64,000 bases of DNA from contig OZ024742.1 in the NCBI GenBank assembly GCA_964016885.1, positions 141,794,001-141,858,000 of the forward strand, written 5' to 3'. The notes below the pieces were generated by a model. The model worked only from the letters and a program-made list of their open reading frames with translations, did no database searches and was not told the origin of the DNA. The position numbers were made by a program, and so were the translations under genes. Numbering within the stretch: the stretch's first letter is position 1; each line of letters starts with the position of its first letter. This DNA comes from Eledone cirrhosa. Taxonomy: Eukaryota. Positions 14,567 through 29,500 of the stretch are shown here, in pieces.

Positions 14567-16541
14567 GGAGAGACAGGGAGATACAGCGTAGGCTATAATT
14601 AGCTTGTTGTTTGCATTCATGTAAACACATCGTTATCATATTTCTTTCTAATAAGTAAGCTAATTACGATCCACCTTATATATTGACATAAAATATAGAC
14701 ATCTCTTAGACATAAAACCCCTCTCTAGACGCTATACTAAACCTACTACTCACTTAAAAGCATCCTTATTCAGCAAATGTTTTATACATTCTTTGATTTT
14801 AAAAGCCTCAAAACATTTTCCCTCTACAAAATCATTCTTTCTTTGCCATTCATTCGCTGAAGAGGTGTCTTAGAAATTTTCCAACAAACACAAGTAGCAC
14901 TTCTATCTCTCTTTCTTTTAATAGTTTCAAAATATTCTTTTGTCTGAGAGACGACTGCTATTAACCTTTAACGGTGTTTTAGTCAGGTGGTAATCTTTAA
15001 CAGTATTGAAATAGCCAAATATCACTGAGAATTTTTTTTCTTCGGTTGCTTCCATTTCTCTCGCTTATTTAGAAGATTTTGAAATCGATATAATCTTACT
15101 ACACATGTGGAACGCTATCAATGTTGTTTTTATACTTGATATTTCTTACGTCGATTTTTTATTATAAAGTTTTAATAAGGTTTTCCAATATCATCTATAA
15201 ATATTGTTACTAATTTTCGAAATGTTTATATAAGTGCATCTCATGTTTATTCCTCTCTATATACAACAATATATATAGCGGCGCCATAGTGGCATATAGC
15301 GTTTCTTGGGCATTCCCTCCCTAGGTCTGAACAAGATGGAAACTGTAAGGAAGTGAGAAAGAGATATAGAGAAAGAATCAACCCCAGTACTTTTTTATCG
15401 AGTCCTAAAGGACGAAAAGCAAATTTGAACTCGGAGAGCAAAGAGCCGGAACGAATACATCAACACATTATGCCCGACGTTCTAATGACTCTGCCAATGA
15501 CCCTGCCAATTATGTATGGACATAATCCTAAGTATCTCGGTATTAGAAAGAAACATCTGCACTAGCACTGTGTTTTTCATTTAATATTTTGTTAATACAA
15601 ATTGTTCTCTAAACTAGCATCAAGAAAATAAGGAAACAGTTCCAATATTCTGTTTTATGATATCAAGCCTCATATTTCACTACTGTACCAAAGAGAAACA
15701 CACACACACATACACACACACACACACATACGCACACACACACACGCACACGCATGCTCGCGTGCACACGCACACACAGTCACACACGTGTATACACAAC
15801 ACATACACGTACACATACACAAATATATAACAGTCGTTTGAAACGCGTTAGGAAACTTAGTGGCGATGATAAAGGTTAACAAATGCCCAAATTGCTTTCA
15901 ATAATATCATTGAGATGTTACATAAGATGAAATTCCAACAAATTGTCGAATGCCCTAGCTGATCTGCATAATACGATTGGCATATTACATGATGTCACCG
16001 CATTACAGCAAATTACCGAATACCCTAGCTGTGCTCTCTATAATATGGTTGACATTTTAAATGAGATGATGACATCGCATTTACAACAGAAATCTCTCTA
16101 AAGCATTCATCTTGGATTTTGTCAATTTATACAATTAAAATTTAATCAAAATATTTCCCGGTTGGATAAATCTATGTTCTCGCCCCTTTGCTTGCAGTTT
16201 CAGTTTATTAAGCAGTTGGTGTTCAGATGTTCGTATTTTTAAGCCGTATTTCTAGTTTCGGTATAGCAAATAGGGAGTATGGATTTTTCTTACGCTGCTC
16301 CTTTGTCATCGGAATAAAGTGAATGATCTGCCGTAGATATTTACAGCATTACTCTAATGCAGAGGTAATGCCCGCTTTATTTTACTGGCGCTTCAATGTA
16401 CATAGATTGCTACCAACGCCTACCATATATATACATACATATACTTAAACATTTACACAAAAATAGTCAGACGTGTATATATATATATACATATATTAAT
16501 TAGCATTGGTGCTCCAACATAGTGTTATACACATATGTTCA

Positions 16542-17022
16542 TGTTGTATACAGGATGTTTATGAAAAACATTTGACAGCCTTCCGCTGTGACTTTTTAAA
16601 GTCACAATTACTTAGTCTCAGCAAAAACCAGGGGAAGCAACCGACATGTCTCTCACTTGTTGGTGGTTGTCACGGCTACATATCCAATATGTTGGAGCAT
16701 CAATACTATTTTTCTTTTAATTTAAGGCTGGTCAGCTATGCAATTGAGCTTTATTAGCTCATAGACACAAGCTCATAGACACAAGTGAGAAATCAGCTCT
16801 TAGACACAAGTGAGAAATCTATAAGATTTTAGCTTATGTTTGTCTCAGCGGAAACTAAGCGATTATGTAGCCTTGAAAACCACCCACAGTTGATAAACAA
16901 TGTTGTAAGTTGCTTCTCCTAGATTTTGCTGAGACTAAGAAAGTGTGACGTTGGTCACAACCTTAAAATATTCATAGCAGTAGGCTGTGAAATGTTTTTC
17001 ATAAACATCCTCCTATTCAACA
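16542..17022. mobile_element. Diverged long inverted repeat (MITE/foldback-like) with internal short tandem repeats
   Basis: aggatgtttatgaaaaacattt...cttagtctcagcaaaa...ggctacata pairs with tatgtagcc...ttttgctgagactaag...aaatgtttttcataaacatcct. Internal agctc(a/t)tagacacaag occurs three times. Confidence 0.55.
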
Positions 17023-17141
17023 TTCAGATTTGGTCGTAGATCTTCTACCTAGTCACTGATTCTCTATTACACTATCGGTTCAAGAAGTTTCTGACCAGTT
17101 GTTACAGTTAATAATTTGGGTGATTTCGATTACTTTTATGT

Positions 17142-17172
<31 letters not shown>

Positions 17173-17399
17173 CGTATGTGTGATTGTGTGTTTACTTTTT
17201 TTATTTTTTGCCTCTCTTTCTCTCACTCACTTTATATAACTCGCGGCTCATATGTTTCCTTTTGCTGTTAATAATAATTGTTTCTACATTTGTGACAAGG
17301 CCATCAATTTGAAGGGAAGTAGAAAGCCGATTAAATTTGGCTAATAAAATTATCATTTCCTTTTCTCAAATACTTACACACATTTGTAAGAGACCACAT

Positions 17400-17520
17400 A
17401 TTGGAGCTGCTACTCATCATGCTTGCCAAGCATGTGGTAGAGAATGTAAATCAGCAGGAGGGCTCAAACGACTTGCAAAAGTACATGAACTCCAACCACA
17501 GCCGGCTATTCCCAGTGATT
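17400..17520 (+). mobile_element. RTE 3' fragment (C2H2-like C-terminus)
   Basis: Encodes ATHHACQACGRECKSAGGLKRLAKVHELQPQPAIPS, nearly identical to 39456-39567. A matching 3' tail lies at 18071-18120. Confidence 0.8.
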
Positions 17521-17605
17521 GTTGTTGTCGTTATTATTATTGTTGTTATTATTATTATTGTTATTAATATATATATATATATTAGAATTGGTGCTTTCAA
17601 ATAGC

Positions 17606-18071
<466 letters not shown>

Positions 18072-18173
18072 TTTTTTCTCGTGCAATGGCCATACTCGAT
18101 AACGAGGGGGCAGCCATCATATATATGTTATATATATTATATTATATTATATATATTATATTATATTATATTA

Positions 18174-18297
18174 TATTATTTATGTACATACACGGAACAA
18201 AAGCGCTACCTCTTATATTCTGGAGATATGGTCAGTATTGGGCCTTGAAACCTTAGGTAGCACTTTTGTTCCGTATATGAACATAAATAGATAATAT
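18174..18297. repeat. Short fold-back with an HHR-like core in the spacer
   Basis: ttatgtacatacacggaacaaaagcgctacct pairs with aggtagcacttttgttccgtatatgaacataa. Spacer 18220-18259 reads CUGGAGA...GAAA-CCUUAGG-UA. Confidence 0.55.
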
Positions 18298-18457
18298 ATC
18301 ATATCACATCTTCTGCCGATTGAACCTGTTTTCCTTTTCCCCTTTTCTAACATGCGGATATTCCTAGACACAGACACACATATACATCCATCCACACACA
18401 CCCATCCATCCACCCATCCATCCTTCCATCCATCCATACATACATACATGCGTATAT

Positions 18458-18538
<81 letters not shown>

Positions 18539-18799
18539 TTATTTAAATGGGTAGTATAATAAAATACGCGTCAGTCGTCGATTTTGACATAAACAGAGCA
18601 ATGTTTGTCGTAAAAATATTTTCTATTACTCCCCGTTTGTATCGCTATGACGTCCTTGTGAGATTTTTATGATACATTAGAAACAAACTGGACATATTTT
18701 CACATCGTAACACTTCTAATACTTTCACAGTATTAATCCGATCCAAGGAACATAGGAACATAAATATATGCCTTGCTTAGTTGCCCTCCCCCCGACCTA

Positions 18800-18836
<37 letters not shown>

Positions 18837-18964
18837 GCATATATATATATAAGAGATATGAAGTTCGATTTCTTGTTGTGGTCGCTGGCAATTTTTTTCT
18901 GTTTATAATGGGTCTTTACCCGATTTTCTAAGCTATTTATAGTAGCCGGCTATATTTGAATACA

Positions 18965-19079
<115 letters not shown>

Positions 19080-19218
19080 ATATATGTATATAGTGTAGGT
19101 AGTACGTTGAAGTATTGGTGTTGGTACCAAATCAAGCACTCTATGCAGAGGCAGAGTGTATATAATATAAAAAACGTGGAAGTTTCGTTTGCATATGAAA
19201 AATATTTATTGCGTATCG

Positions 19219-19300
19219 ACCTGTTACGCGCGTTTCGCAGAGGATTGGCTCCTAGGATTTCTGGACCCGACTCCAGTATCGATCTGCTCCTCAAACTGGT
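19219..19300 (-). ncRNA. Hammerhead ribozyme motif with one core substitution
   Basis: Minus strand: ACCAGU-UUGAGGA-GCAGA...UCUGC-GAAA-CGCGCG-UA-ACAGGU. Palindromic helix III; AAUAAA shortly downstream; C3 is U. Confidence 0.65.
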
Positions 19301-19369
19301 GATGCGACAAAAGATATATTTTTCATGTGTAAACGAAGCTTCCTCGTTTATTTCTATTATATATATATA

Positions 19370-19520
<151 letters not shown>

Positions 19521-20269
19521 GTGCGTGCGTGTGTGTGTGTAAAAAGTAAACAGAAATAACAACACAATCGGTACAGTATATGGAAGGAATTCGTTGGATT
19601 TTCTTATTGGATTTTCACCCCGAAACTGGATACCAACCCGGAGTATACCTGAATTTCCACCAGGAAATCTTTCGTATCATTGAAATTTTCTTTGCTTTTT
19701 ATATATATATATATATATATATGTTAGCTTTATGTAGACATTCGTTTCCATGTATCGATTTTTAAACCCATAGGCCCATCGACTTGATTAAAGAGGAATA
19801 AAAATGATAGAGCAGAAATGAGGTTTGATTTCTCCTATATTGTTTTCATTCGGGATTTTTGCCTCTATTGGTTGAGCAGATAGATCCCTTCGGCTGAAGG
19901 CACAAATGGCTGTTGCTTCAGTATCAAGAAAAAGATTCTAATGAGGAATGGTGTCTCTTCTGATATCAAAAGAAAAAAAAATCACCTACAATTGTCCCAG
20001 TCTTAATATCCTTGGGTAGTACAGCTGTTAAAAACATCCAAGCTTGAGAAGATTTTGAAAGAAGACATACCTGTTACCCAAAGCAAATGGTTTGATGAGA
20101 TCAATGATGTTCACCTATATGAATCTATGCAATCTGTTTGACTGAGAGAAAAGGTCGTCTTCTGGTGGTCTGCAAAACTTTACACCTGACGCAGCGTATG
20201 TGAACAGACTTTACAGTCGGTGAACGGAGTATTTTTCAGAGAAAGCAGCATTTTTATATTCAATAATCA

Positions 20270-20402
20270 TATGGCTAGGGAGGGTGCCTGGACTAAAGGT
20301 TGTAATATTGTGGGTTCGATTCTTGGACCTGATAGCGCGTTGTGTTCTCCACAAAAGCACTTCATTTCATGTTGCTCCAGTCCAGTCAACTGAAAATGAG
20401 TG
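20270..20402 (+). mobile_element. Second tRNA-derived SINE family, degenerate
   Basis: B-box GGTTCGATTC followed by gcgttgtgttctcc...aagcacttcatttcatgttgctccagtc. Homologous to the minus-strand copy at about 49965-50097. Confidence 0.65.
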
Positions 20403-21613
20403 CTAGCATTAGCTAGGGGTTCACCCTGTAATAGATAGGTGTATTGCCTTTGCCGTGGCGGTATTTTGTAGTCATAATTGCTTAACATCAATGAAACCCA
20501 GAAAAGCACAGGTTTGATATTCCTCCGATTTTCAGACTTACATTAACTAATATGACTAAAGTAATCTCGCTTCAAAATAAACTTCTCTCTATGGTGTCGG
20601 CATCGTGAAGGTGACAAAGGTGCTCCATTTTCCTTTCGTTTCAGTGGCATGAATTCAATGTTCTGAGATATTTGGCAAACAGCTAAAAGATTCTTTTTGA
20701 ATGAAGTAATGGAATTTATCTGTTTGTAACCTAAGTTAATACTTAGAAGAAATTTGATTGAATTACTTATAGTGGACAATCTAGAATGTGGGAAAAATAT
20801 TGCGTAAGCTGGGAAGATAAGGAGCATCTGAAGGTTTTAATACGTGTGTTATGCTTTGATTGTGACCAAAAATTAACAAACAAATTTTAGCTTTGTTGTG
20901 TCTTGTATATGTATGTGTGTATGCAGTTGCCAATAATAACAGCAGGAACTAGTTGATGAAAAGTTGTCACGCCCTTAAATTATGTTTTTTAAGTATGAAA
21001 ACTGGATAACAACCATCTTTGGAAACAGAAATAAATTATATCTAATTGCTCGAATTGTCTTAGAAAAACCGACAACCAAAGACAATCCAATGAATGAAGA
21101 TGTCTTTAAATCTTTTCGTTCGAAGAGGTCTAAAGACAATTTATATTTTTTCCCCAATCCCTCTTGTTATTGCTATCCAATTAAGTGATTCTTCTCAACC
21201 TAAATAACAACTGAGATAAAAGAATAAAGGATTAACAACAACGTGGCATCAAAGATAACAACTGTGTTAATGAACATTTACTTCACACTTCTTTATTTTT
21301 CTTGATTTTGACCCCGCCACCGCCATCCATCATGTATCACCTTTTCGGTCATAGGATGGTTGTTTATCAGCCCTCTCTCTCTTTCTTTCTTTTTCTCTCT
21401 CTCTCATACTGATGAATTCTATGTTTTTTCTTTCTCTCGCACTCCATTTCCCATATCTCTTTCTACCTCCTTATCTTTTAACACCTCTAATTTCTATTCA
21501 TTTGTTCTACCTGTTTCTATTGTTCCATCCTCATAGGATCTCCTCCTTGCCCTCTTCCTTTTTATAGTATCTGTCACCTATTTTGTCTCGTATTATTTTT
21601 TCCATTTAGTTTA

Positions 21614-21806
21614 GGGCGGTGGATTAGCAGAATCATTAGATCGTCGGATAAAACACTACGCAGGATTTGTTTCAGTTTTCTATGTTCTGAGTTCAAATCC
21701 TGCCAAAGCCAACTTTTCCCTCTATCCTTAAGGGGTCGATAAAATCAAATGGTTTGATTTAATCTACTTTCCCCGCCTCTCAAATCGTTGGTTTTGTATA
21801 AGAAAC
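21614..21806 (+). mobile_element. Older tRNA-derived SINE copy
   Basis: ggcggtggattagcagaatcattaga...ctgagttcaaatcc...ggggtcgataaaat. Confidence 0.75.
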
Positions 21807-22359
21807 ATTATTTCGCACTCCCCATTCATCTAATGTTGGACCAATTTCTTTTTCTCTTCCTAGTGCATACCACTCTCTGCAAATAACTAACCAATTACTC
21901 CTAGAGCATGAATGTACTCAAATAACTATGTTCTTTTAGTATTGTTGTTTATTCCTTTTATCATTTGGGTTTTTGTTTTCTGCTACTTTTCTCTGTTTCT
22001 TTTAATATTGAGAAAGGGAAATAGAAAGATATCTAATAAGACAAGGATTACTATCATTGGACATGTTATGGTGTAAACATATTCGGTTTGGTGCCAAGTT
22101 TAATATCAGAACAAATACTGCCGAGGACAAGCTATAATGAAAGTATTTGAAAGTAAGTTTCAAAGTAAGACATGCAATTATTGAAGGTAATGCCCCCCTG
22201 TCTAGATTTTATATGTTTTCTCTATATTTAAAATTGTGACAACATATATTTTGTTCATCATACAAATCTACCAGCTTATCTACCTATTCTGTTTTAGCCA
22301 CCAAACCCGCACCTCTATCTATACATACACACACACATATATGTGTGTGTGTGTGTGTA

Positions 22360-22470
<111 letters not shown>

Positions 22471-22500
22471 ACATAGCTATACCCTCTCCCTCACATATAT

Positions 22501-22582
<82 letters not shown>

Positions 22583-23240
22583 ATGTGTGTATAATTATAC
22601 CTCTGTACATTTCTGAATATGTATATTTGCGCGTATATTATTACAATCTGTTTATCAGTTATTTTATATACCTATTCACGTATGTCCGAGTCTCTCCGCC
22701 TTTACCTGTGTTTCTATTGTCTCCGTTACTGTCTTGTCTTATTGATATATCTAGCTGTTCAATCGAGTGCTACTCTTTATATATCTCTTGTCTAAGTTTC
22801 TACGACTGCTACTATTGTCCAATTTTAAATTGAACTTCGTCTTTGTTTGATAATTTTCTATGTAAAACAATGAAATGTCAGACGGTTTTTCAATCTGAAT
22901 ATAATTTGGAATCTCACACTAAGAAGTAATTGAGTGTCTATCAAAATGGACTCTCTCTTCCTATCACACACATACACACGCACAAACACACGTTTGCATA
23001 CACACAACCATACACTCACACATATACGTGCACACATACATACACACAAACACACAGAGACACGCACATACAGATATATAGATAGTACACGGCAACACAT
23101 ATATGCAAGTCAGTATATATAGTAAAAACTACTGAAAGATAGCAAATTCATATACCCAATTGTTTAATTCTTCTTCTTCGCTCTTATTCCTAAGCTGATT
23201 GTAGGAGCAGAGTGCTCGGATAACACTTTCAGCCATTCCA

Positions 23241-23306
<66 letters not shown>

Positions 23307-23309
<3 letters not shown>

Positions 23310-23946
23310 TATGTACACGTACATACATATATGCATACAGACGTACAGTAGTATGTATATATATGTATACATACATGCACACGTATATATACGTACGTAT
23401 GGATTCACTGAACATTTATTATAATGCTAGGTGTGTTTGTAAACAAACATCCCGTATTAAGCCGTAGTGTCTAGCAACCATCGTTGCTCGTTTGTTCAAC
23501 ACTGACAAAGGAACGCTGTACTAGTTTCAAGCTTATTAGTTATCGTCAGCAACGTATACCTTCCTGCCATATTGTTGAAGGTATATACTTACCTTATGCA
23601 TATTAACGGCTGAGTAGCCCAATTTGCATATCGAGTGGGTTAATGACGATAGCTAATAAGCTTGAAACTAGTACAGCGTTCCTTTGTCAGTGTTGAACAA
23701 ACGAGCAACGATGGTTGCTAGACACTACGGCTTAATACGGGATGTTTGTTTACAAACACACCGAGCATTATAATAAATGTTCGGTGAATCCATACGTACA
23801 TATATATATGTGTGCATGTATGTATATATATATATACATACTACTGTACGTCTGTATACATATAAGTATGTACGTGTACATACTTATATTTAAGTAACAG
23901 CCATACTAAGTGTGAGAAATGAAATTTCGTTTCATTTTTTCCGTTT
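23307..23946. repeat. Diverged relative of the 475-bp HHR unit, in inverted-duplicated form
   Basis: Arms at 23307-23548 and 23644-23885. Shares gtttgtaaacaaac, ttgttcaacactgaca, tgtactagtttcaagctt, ttaacggctgag and aatttgcata with the 11-12.5 kb units. Confidence 0.9.
23513..23555 (-). ncRNA. Minimal type I hammerhead ribozyme (diverged homolog)
   Basis: Minus strand: ACGUUG-CUGACGA-U-AACU-AAUA-AGCU-U-GAAA-CUAG-UA-CAGCGU. The opposite arm retains AGCU/AGCU in helix II. Confidence 0.75.
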
Positions 23947-24115
23947 ATATATATATATATATTTATTAAAATAACAGATTAAAGTTTAAGCAAAGAATCG
24001 CTGCTTTCACCCTTAACGCGATCTTCTGAAACTAACAAAGTCAATTGCTCTACGGTTCATATATATTTGATATATATTTATCCTTATCGAGCCCTCTTTG
24101 GATTTTAGTCTTCAA

Positions 24116-24161
<46 letters not shown>

Positions 24162-24381
24162 GAATGCTATGGTTGACGGAGGCTCGGCTCTGTAAGGTAT
24201 TGTAAATTTTGAACACTATAACAATTGTAAATTGTTTAAAACTTTAACGAACTTGTAGACAAAAACACCCTCCTCCTCGTGAGAGGGGTCTTTCTGCCCG
24301 TTATTTGGCCCTTCGGGGTTAAATAACTGCTTATTGGGGTTTTGTACCCAATATTTATTTTAAACAAAAAAAAAAAAAAAC

Positions 24382-26485
24382 ATGGCTACGAAAAAGAAAT
24401 TTCATAGGTCACTCCCACTCATTCCGTCTTCTTCTTCCTCAATCATCACTACAGCAGAGAGAAGATTGTCTCTCTCCCTCCCTTCTTTAAATGTGTCTCT
24501 CTCCCTCCCTTCTCTTTCGCAAGCGACGAAAGAAAAGAAAAGTCTCGTGCAAAGCGTGCAAGGTTTCTCCACGACGACGACGACAGCGACGAAACAGGTG
24601 TGCGGGAAATACGAAAACCCAGTTCATTCGTCTGACGTCAGGAATAATAGCAGTAGCAGCCGTAATAACAACAGCAACAGTGACAATGAAAACAACAGTA
24701 GCAGCCGCAACAGCATCACCAGCAGCACAAACAACAACAGCATTAGCAGCAGCAACACCAACAACAACCACAGCAACAGCGGCGGAGGCAGTAGTCGTAG
24801 TACCTGCAGCAACAACAAAAGTAACAGCAGCTCTGACGACAACAACAACAACAGCAGCAAAGAAAAACCAATCTCATTTGCAGGTATTGCGAAAAACTTG
24901 GAAACAATCCTCATAACAAATGAGGAATTAGAGGAAGCGAAGAAGATGGTGACAAAGACTGGTCACCGAGCAATCTGCAAGGCAGCGGAAAATTTTTTCG
25001 AAACCCAAGAGCACTGTACGGTCACGTACCGTACAGTAAGTACAAAATCCCGTAGGGTGGAAAGAGCCACAGAGGCTCAAATACAAAAAGCCTTGGGGTC
25101 TGTGTGGCAGCGGAAAACGCACATCACCCGAGGCAAAAAATATGCCACCGTAGACGTACTTTTTGCCACACCCCAGGAGGCAAAGGCCCAATCCGTAGTG
25201 ACCCTAAGGAGCGAGGAAATGGTGTTGGTGCCCTCCTACTGCGGGCAAAAAATTGTGAGGGTCAAACTGACCCACGTCCCCCCCGGGATGGCCCCTTCTT
25301 GGCTGGCCGCGTCTGTCCTCGTCGGAATCGAGGGCAAAACAACTGTACTGCAAGTACAGAAAAAAGAAAGAGAAGATTGGGTCGGCACCTCCATTGAGAT
25401 GCTAATCCAAACCAACCAGGAGTGCATCGAAGCTATCCCGGATGTGATAGACTTCGATAACGGCACTCAACTGCCCATAAGTGTTGAGGGAAAACGCCCG
25501 AAATGCTTTCGCTGTGGATCGAAGACTCACCTCAGGGCCTTCTGCAACGAGAAGACCCTGAGAAAGGAGAAAACCCCCCTCCTTCCGAAACCGGCTCCAC
25601 GGCTACCAGCAACAGGACAAGCGGCAACCAGGAACGATAGGTCCGTGGCACCCATAGCGACCCCACGGAAATCAAAAACAGCAGCAGCAGTGGAAATATT
25701 AACAACAACAACAGCAATACCAAATGCAGCTGCAACAGAGACTCCAGTGCAAACATCACCAAAACAACAAGTGAAAGAGTGGAGCTGGTACCCCTCCCGA
25801 CCTCACAGAATCAGACATGGAGTGTGAGGTGGGAGAGGGATGGCAAAAGGTCGTAAGAAGGCACAAACGCAGAAGCAGCACATCGTCGTCTTTGAAAAGG
25901 GAGGAAAGAAATGAGAAAAGGGTAAAGTCTACTGCAAAGAGACCCACAGCAGCAACACCACCAACACCATCACCACCCACACTAGCACCACCATCACCAC
26001 CGGCGACAACCCCACCGCCAACAACACCTTCAACACCACCACCACAAGCACCAACATCGCAAACACAACAACAAAACACACACACCCAGCAACAACGACA
26101 AGAAAATAGCAGAACCCCCCCCCCCCACCCCCAGAAAAACAAATGCACGGCAATAAATACACACAACAAGAAACTAATGACTTACATAATTGAACACACA
26201 GACATTTCACAACACGACTACATAATACCAGCACCAATCAAAACGCCAACTAACATAAGACTGCTAAAAATAGCACAGAAACAATACACAAACATTAAAA
26301 CGAAATTCCCCAACGCAGTTGGTGATTTCAGGGACCTAGGAGGAACTATCAATCGAAGAGTATATTCAGACATTCTCATAGAAGAGCCGACGACCAGCCG
26401 AAGGGACGATTCAACGGTCCCTTCACCAGACGATCAAGTGAAAAGGGATGTAAAAACCATCCCTCCTCTACGAAAAGTACGGTAA
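24382..26485 (+). pseudogene. Tx1-like ORF1 (gag-like, CCHC knuckle), one apparent frameshift near 25780-25820
   Basis: CFRCGSKTHLRAFC knuckle, S/N-rich N-terminus and P/T-rich C-terminus. Split over ORFs 24382..25827 and 25817..26485. Confidence 0.8.
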
Positions 26486-26520
26486 GTGGTCTTTCCCATC
26501 TTTTCCACTCTATTTTAAAC

Positions 26521-29500
26521 ATGAAATCACTCAGAATAGGCAGCATAAATGCGCGCGGCTTGGGGTCGTCATGGAAGCAGGGTCACCTGCTCAACGACCT
26601 CAGGTCACTAAACATAGATGTAGTGGCCATCAGCGAGACCAGAATCTCCGAAGCACGGGCCTTCGCACCGATCTTCGGCGGCTACGATGTGTACGCATCT
26701 CCCAGCCGTCCTGGATCGGGGGGAGGAGTTGCTGTGCTTTTTCGGAGAGGTTTGGATCTCGCCATACGGGCCATCTTCCTGGACCCAGAGGGTAAGCTGG
26801 TGGTGCTGGACGTGACCAGCGGAGAGGGGCAAGCTTTCAGGCTAGTGGCCGTCTATGCCCCGACAGGAGCAGGGCGGCCTGATTTCTTCCGGCGTCTGGA
26901 GACCTTTCTTGGAACGTCCCGCTCTTTAGTGTTAGTGGGCGACTGGAACGGGATCTTAGATGCACGCTGGGACTGTGTGGGATTAGCGGATAGGGGTGGA
27001 GGGTGCAAGAGCCTCACCAACCTGCTCAGGCGTTTTGAACTGTCTGACAGGTACCGATTGGATTTCCCGAATGTGCCAATGTGGACTTGGACAAATCGTA
27101 TCGGGTCATCCAGATCATATCTAAATAGAGTATTTTGTAGGGAAATAGATAGGTCTAGCATAAGCTGTCCACAATTCAAGATAGTCAGCTACACGGACCA
27201 CAAATTCGTGATCTGTGTGCTTGACTTAGATAGGCTTCATAGACGAGGACCCGGCTACTGGAAGTTAAACGCGTCCTTACCAGCGCGCAAGGCCTACAGA
27301 GACCGGATTAGCGAACTAGTTAAGCGGGCGTTGACGGGGGCCATCGTCAACAACAAGTGGTGGTTTGCTCTGAAAAGAGCGATTAGAATAGAATCGATTA
27401 GGTTTAGTAAGGCTTTAGTAATAGAGAAAAATAGAGCAGAGGGAGAACTAGTTAGAAAATTAGACGAGGCGCTTAGCAAAGGCATTGCGACCGACGTGCT
27501 TGCGGCGAAATTGGCCCTTGACCAATTCTTCAATGCAAAGCACGAAGGCTGCGTTGTCAGAGCAAGGGTGCGTGCTCTCAGACACGAGGGGACGAAAGCC
27601 GTTCAATGGGCGCGAGTGGCGGAGGCGCGTCGTGGCAACAAAGCCACGATCCGGTCTTTGGTGGACCACGACGGGCGCATGCTACTCGATCCCGGGCAAA
27701 TGTGTGAAGCTTTTCAGCGACACTTCGCTCAGCTGTTCGGGGGCAGCGGTGAGCCGGATCGAGGTTGGACTTTAGTGTCTACATCGACGGACTGCCGCGG
27801 CTCTCGGCCACTGAGGCGAAGTGTTGCGAAAAGCCGATAACAGCCGCTGAAGTAAGGGAGGCAATGACTGGCTGCACAAGGGGTAAATCGCCTGGTTTGG
27901 ATGGTCTGCCCTATGAACTTTACGTACAGATGCCAGACTTGTTCGGAGGCCTCTTGGCGGACGTCTAGTGCAACTGGCAACAGAACGGGAGAATTCCCAG
28001 TTCTGTGAGCCGAGGAGCGGTGGCACTGCTGAGAAAGGATCCGAACAAGGAGGATAACATAGATAATTTCAGGCCCATAACTCTGCTAAACACAGAGTTC
28101 AAGATTTTGGCCAAGGTGCTAGCAAAGAGGTTGGCGCTTGTCGTTGGTGGTCTGGTGGGAGAGGCGCAGACATGCGCCATTCCCGACAGATCCATCCACG
28201 ACAACCTCCACCTCATGCGATACATCGTAGAGAGGGTAGCTAAGAAACCTGGCACGGGTGGGTCCTTGATCAATTTAGATCAGTCGAAATCTTTCGATAG
28301 GGTCGACCATCGTTACCTAGCGGCCGTCCTGAGGGCGGCTGGCTTTGGGCCCGTCTTCAGAGGCTGGATCGCTGCCATGCACAGCGACATCTGCTCTGTG
28401 GTGAGAGTGAACGGTCACCTGTCGGAACCGTTCAACATCATGCGCTCGGTCCGCCAAGGATGTCCCCTCTCGTCCCTCTTGTACGTATTGACTCTCGAGC
28501 CATTACTGCACAAACTGGAGACGTTGAGGGGCGTCCCGCGCGAACTAGGATGCGGAAGATCCGTGTCAGCATATGCGGACGATGTCACCGTAGTGGTGTC
28601 GAACGCCAAACACATCGAGGCGATCGGCACTACACTAAGAGAATACGAAGCGGTGACAGGAGCAATGATCAACCAGGAAAAGTCAGTGGGCCTGCAGCTC
28701 GGCACCTGGAGAGGCAGGTCCATGCCGTCCAACAGCGTCGTCTGACGCTGGACGGACGGACCGGTTAAATTGCTAGGGGTCTGGTTCGGTCCGGACCTCC
28801 AGACGGACAAAAACTGGGACGAGGTGACGAGCAGGGTGGCTTCTCTCACCCAGAATGGGCGGAGAGGAAGCTATCCCTGAAAGGTCGAGCGGAGGTGGCT
28901 AACGCGTACATCGCGTCTGTCATCTGCTACCGCTAGACCGTCGTACCTTGTCCTAAGCCTCGCCTGACTGCGCTGGAGCGTTTGCTCTTTCGCTTTTTGT
29001 GGAAGGGACGCGCTCCGATGGTCAGGCGGTCCATCTGTTGTCAACACCCGCTACGTGGAGGGCTGGGCATGCCGTGGCTGATGATGCGCAGGCACGCGCT
29101 CAGGCTACGACATCTCCACCTCTTCCTCGACGGTGATCAGGTGTGGTCGCCGTTTGCTAGACACGTATTTCCCCAGCTCGTTTCCTTGACGGAGCTGCAG
29201 TCCTGGGTCAAGCGAAGACCGAGAGGGAGCGCCTGGAGACTGGAATGTCTTCAGGCGCTCACAGCCCTCGACCAATCGGGCAATGTGATCGGTGGAAACT
29301 CCACCTCGGCGTTCTATAGAGGATTAGTGGAGGGGAAGAGCGACGACTTACTTGGGGAAACTCTAGGCGTCGACGAAAATCAACTAGCCAATCTCTTCGG
29401 AAGAACTTTCGGGCCAGGGCCTATGGACAACTTCCAGAAATCTCTGGCCTGGCAGTGCTACCGAGGAGCCTTGCCAGTTCGGGATAAACTCTACAGGCAT

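Noticed and set aside
19765-21200. Possible ancient LINE remnant (an RPI-like motif near 19770)
   Set aside because: No further RT motifs are recoverable by eye; insufficient support.
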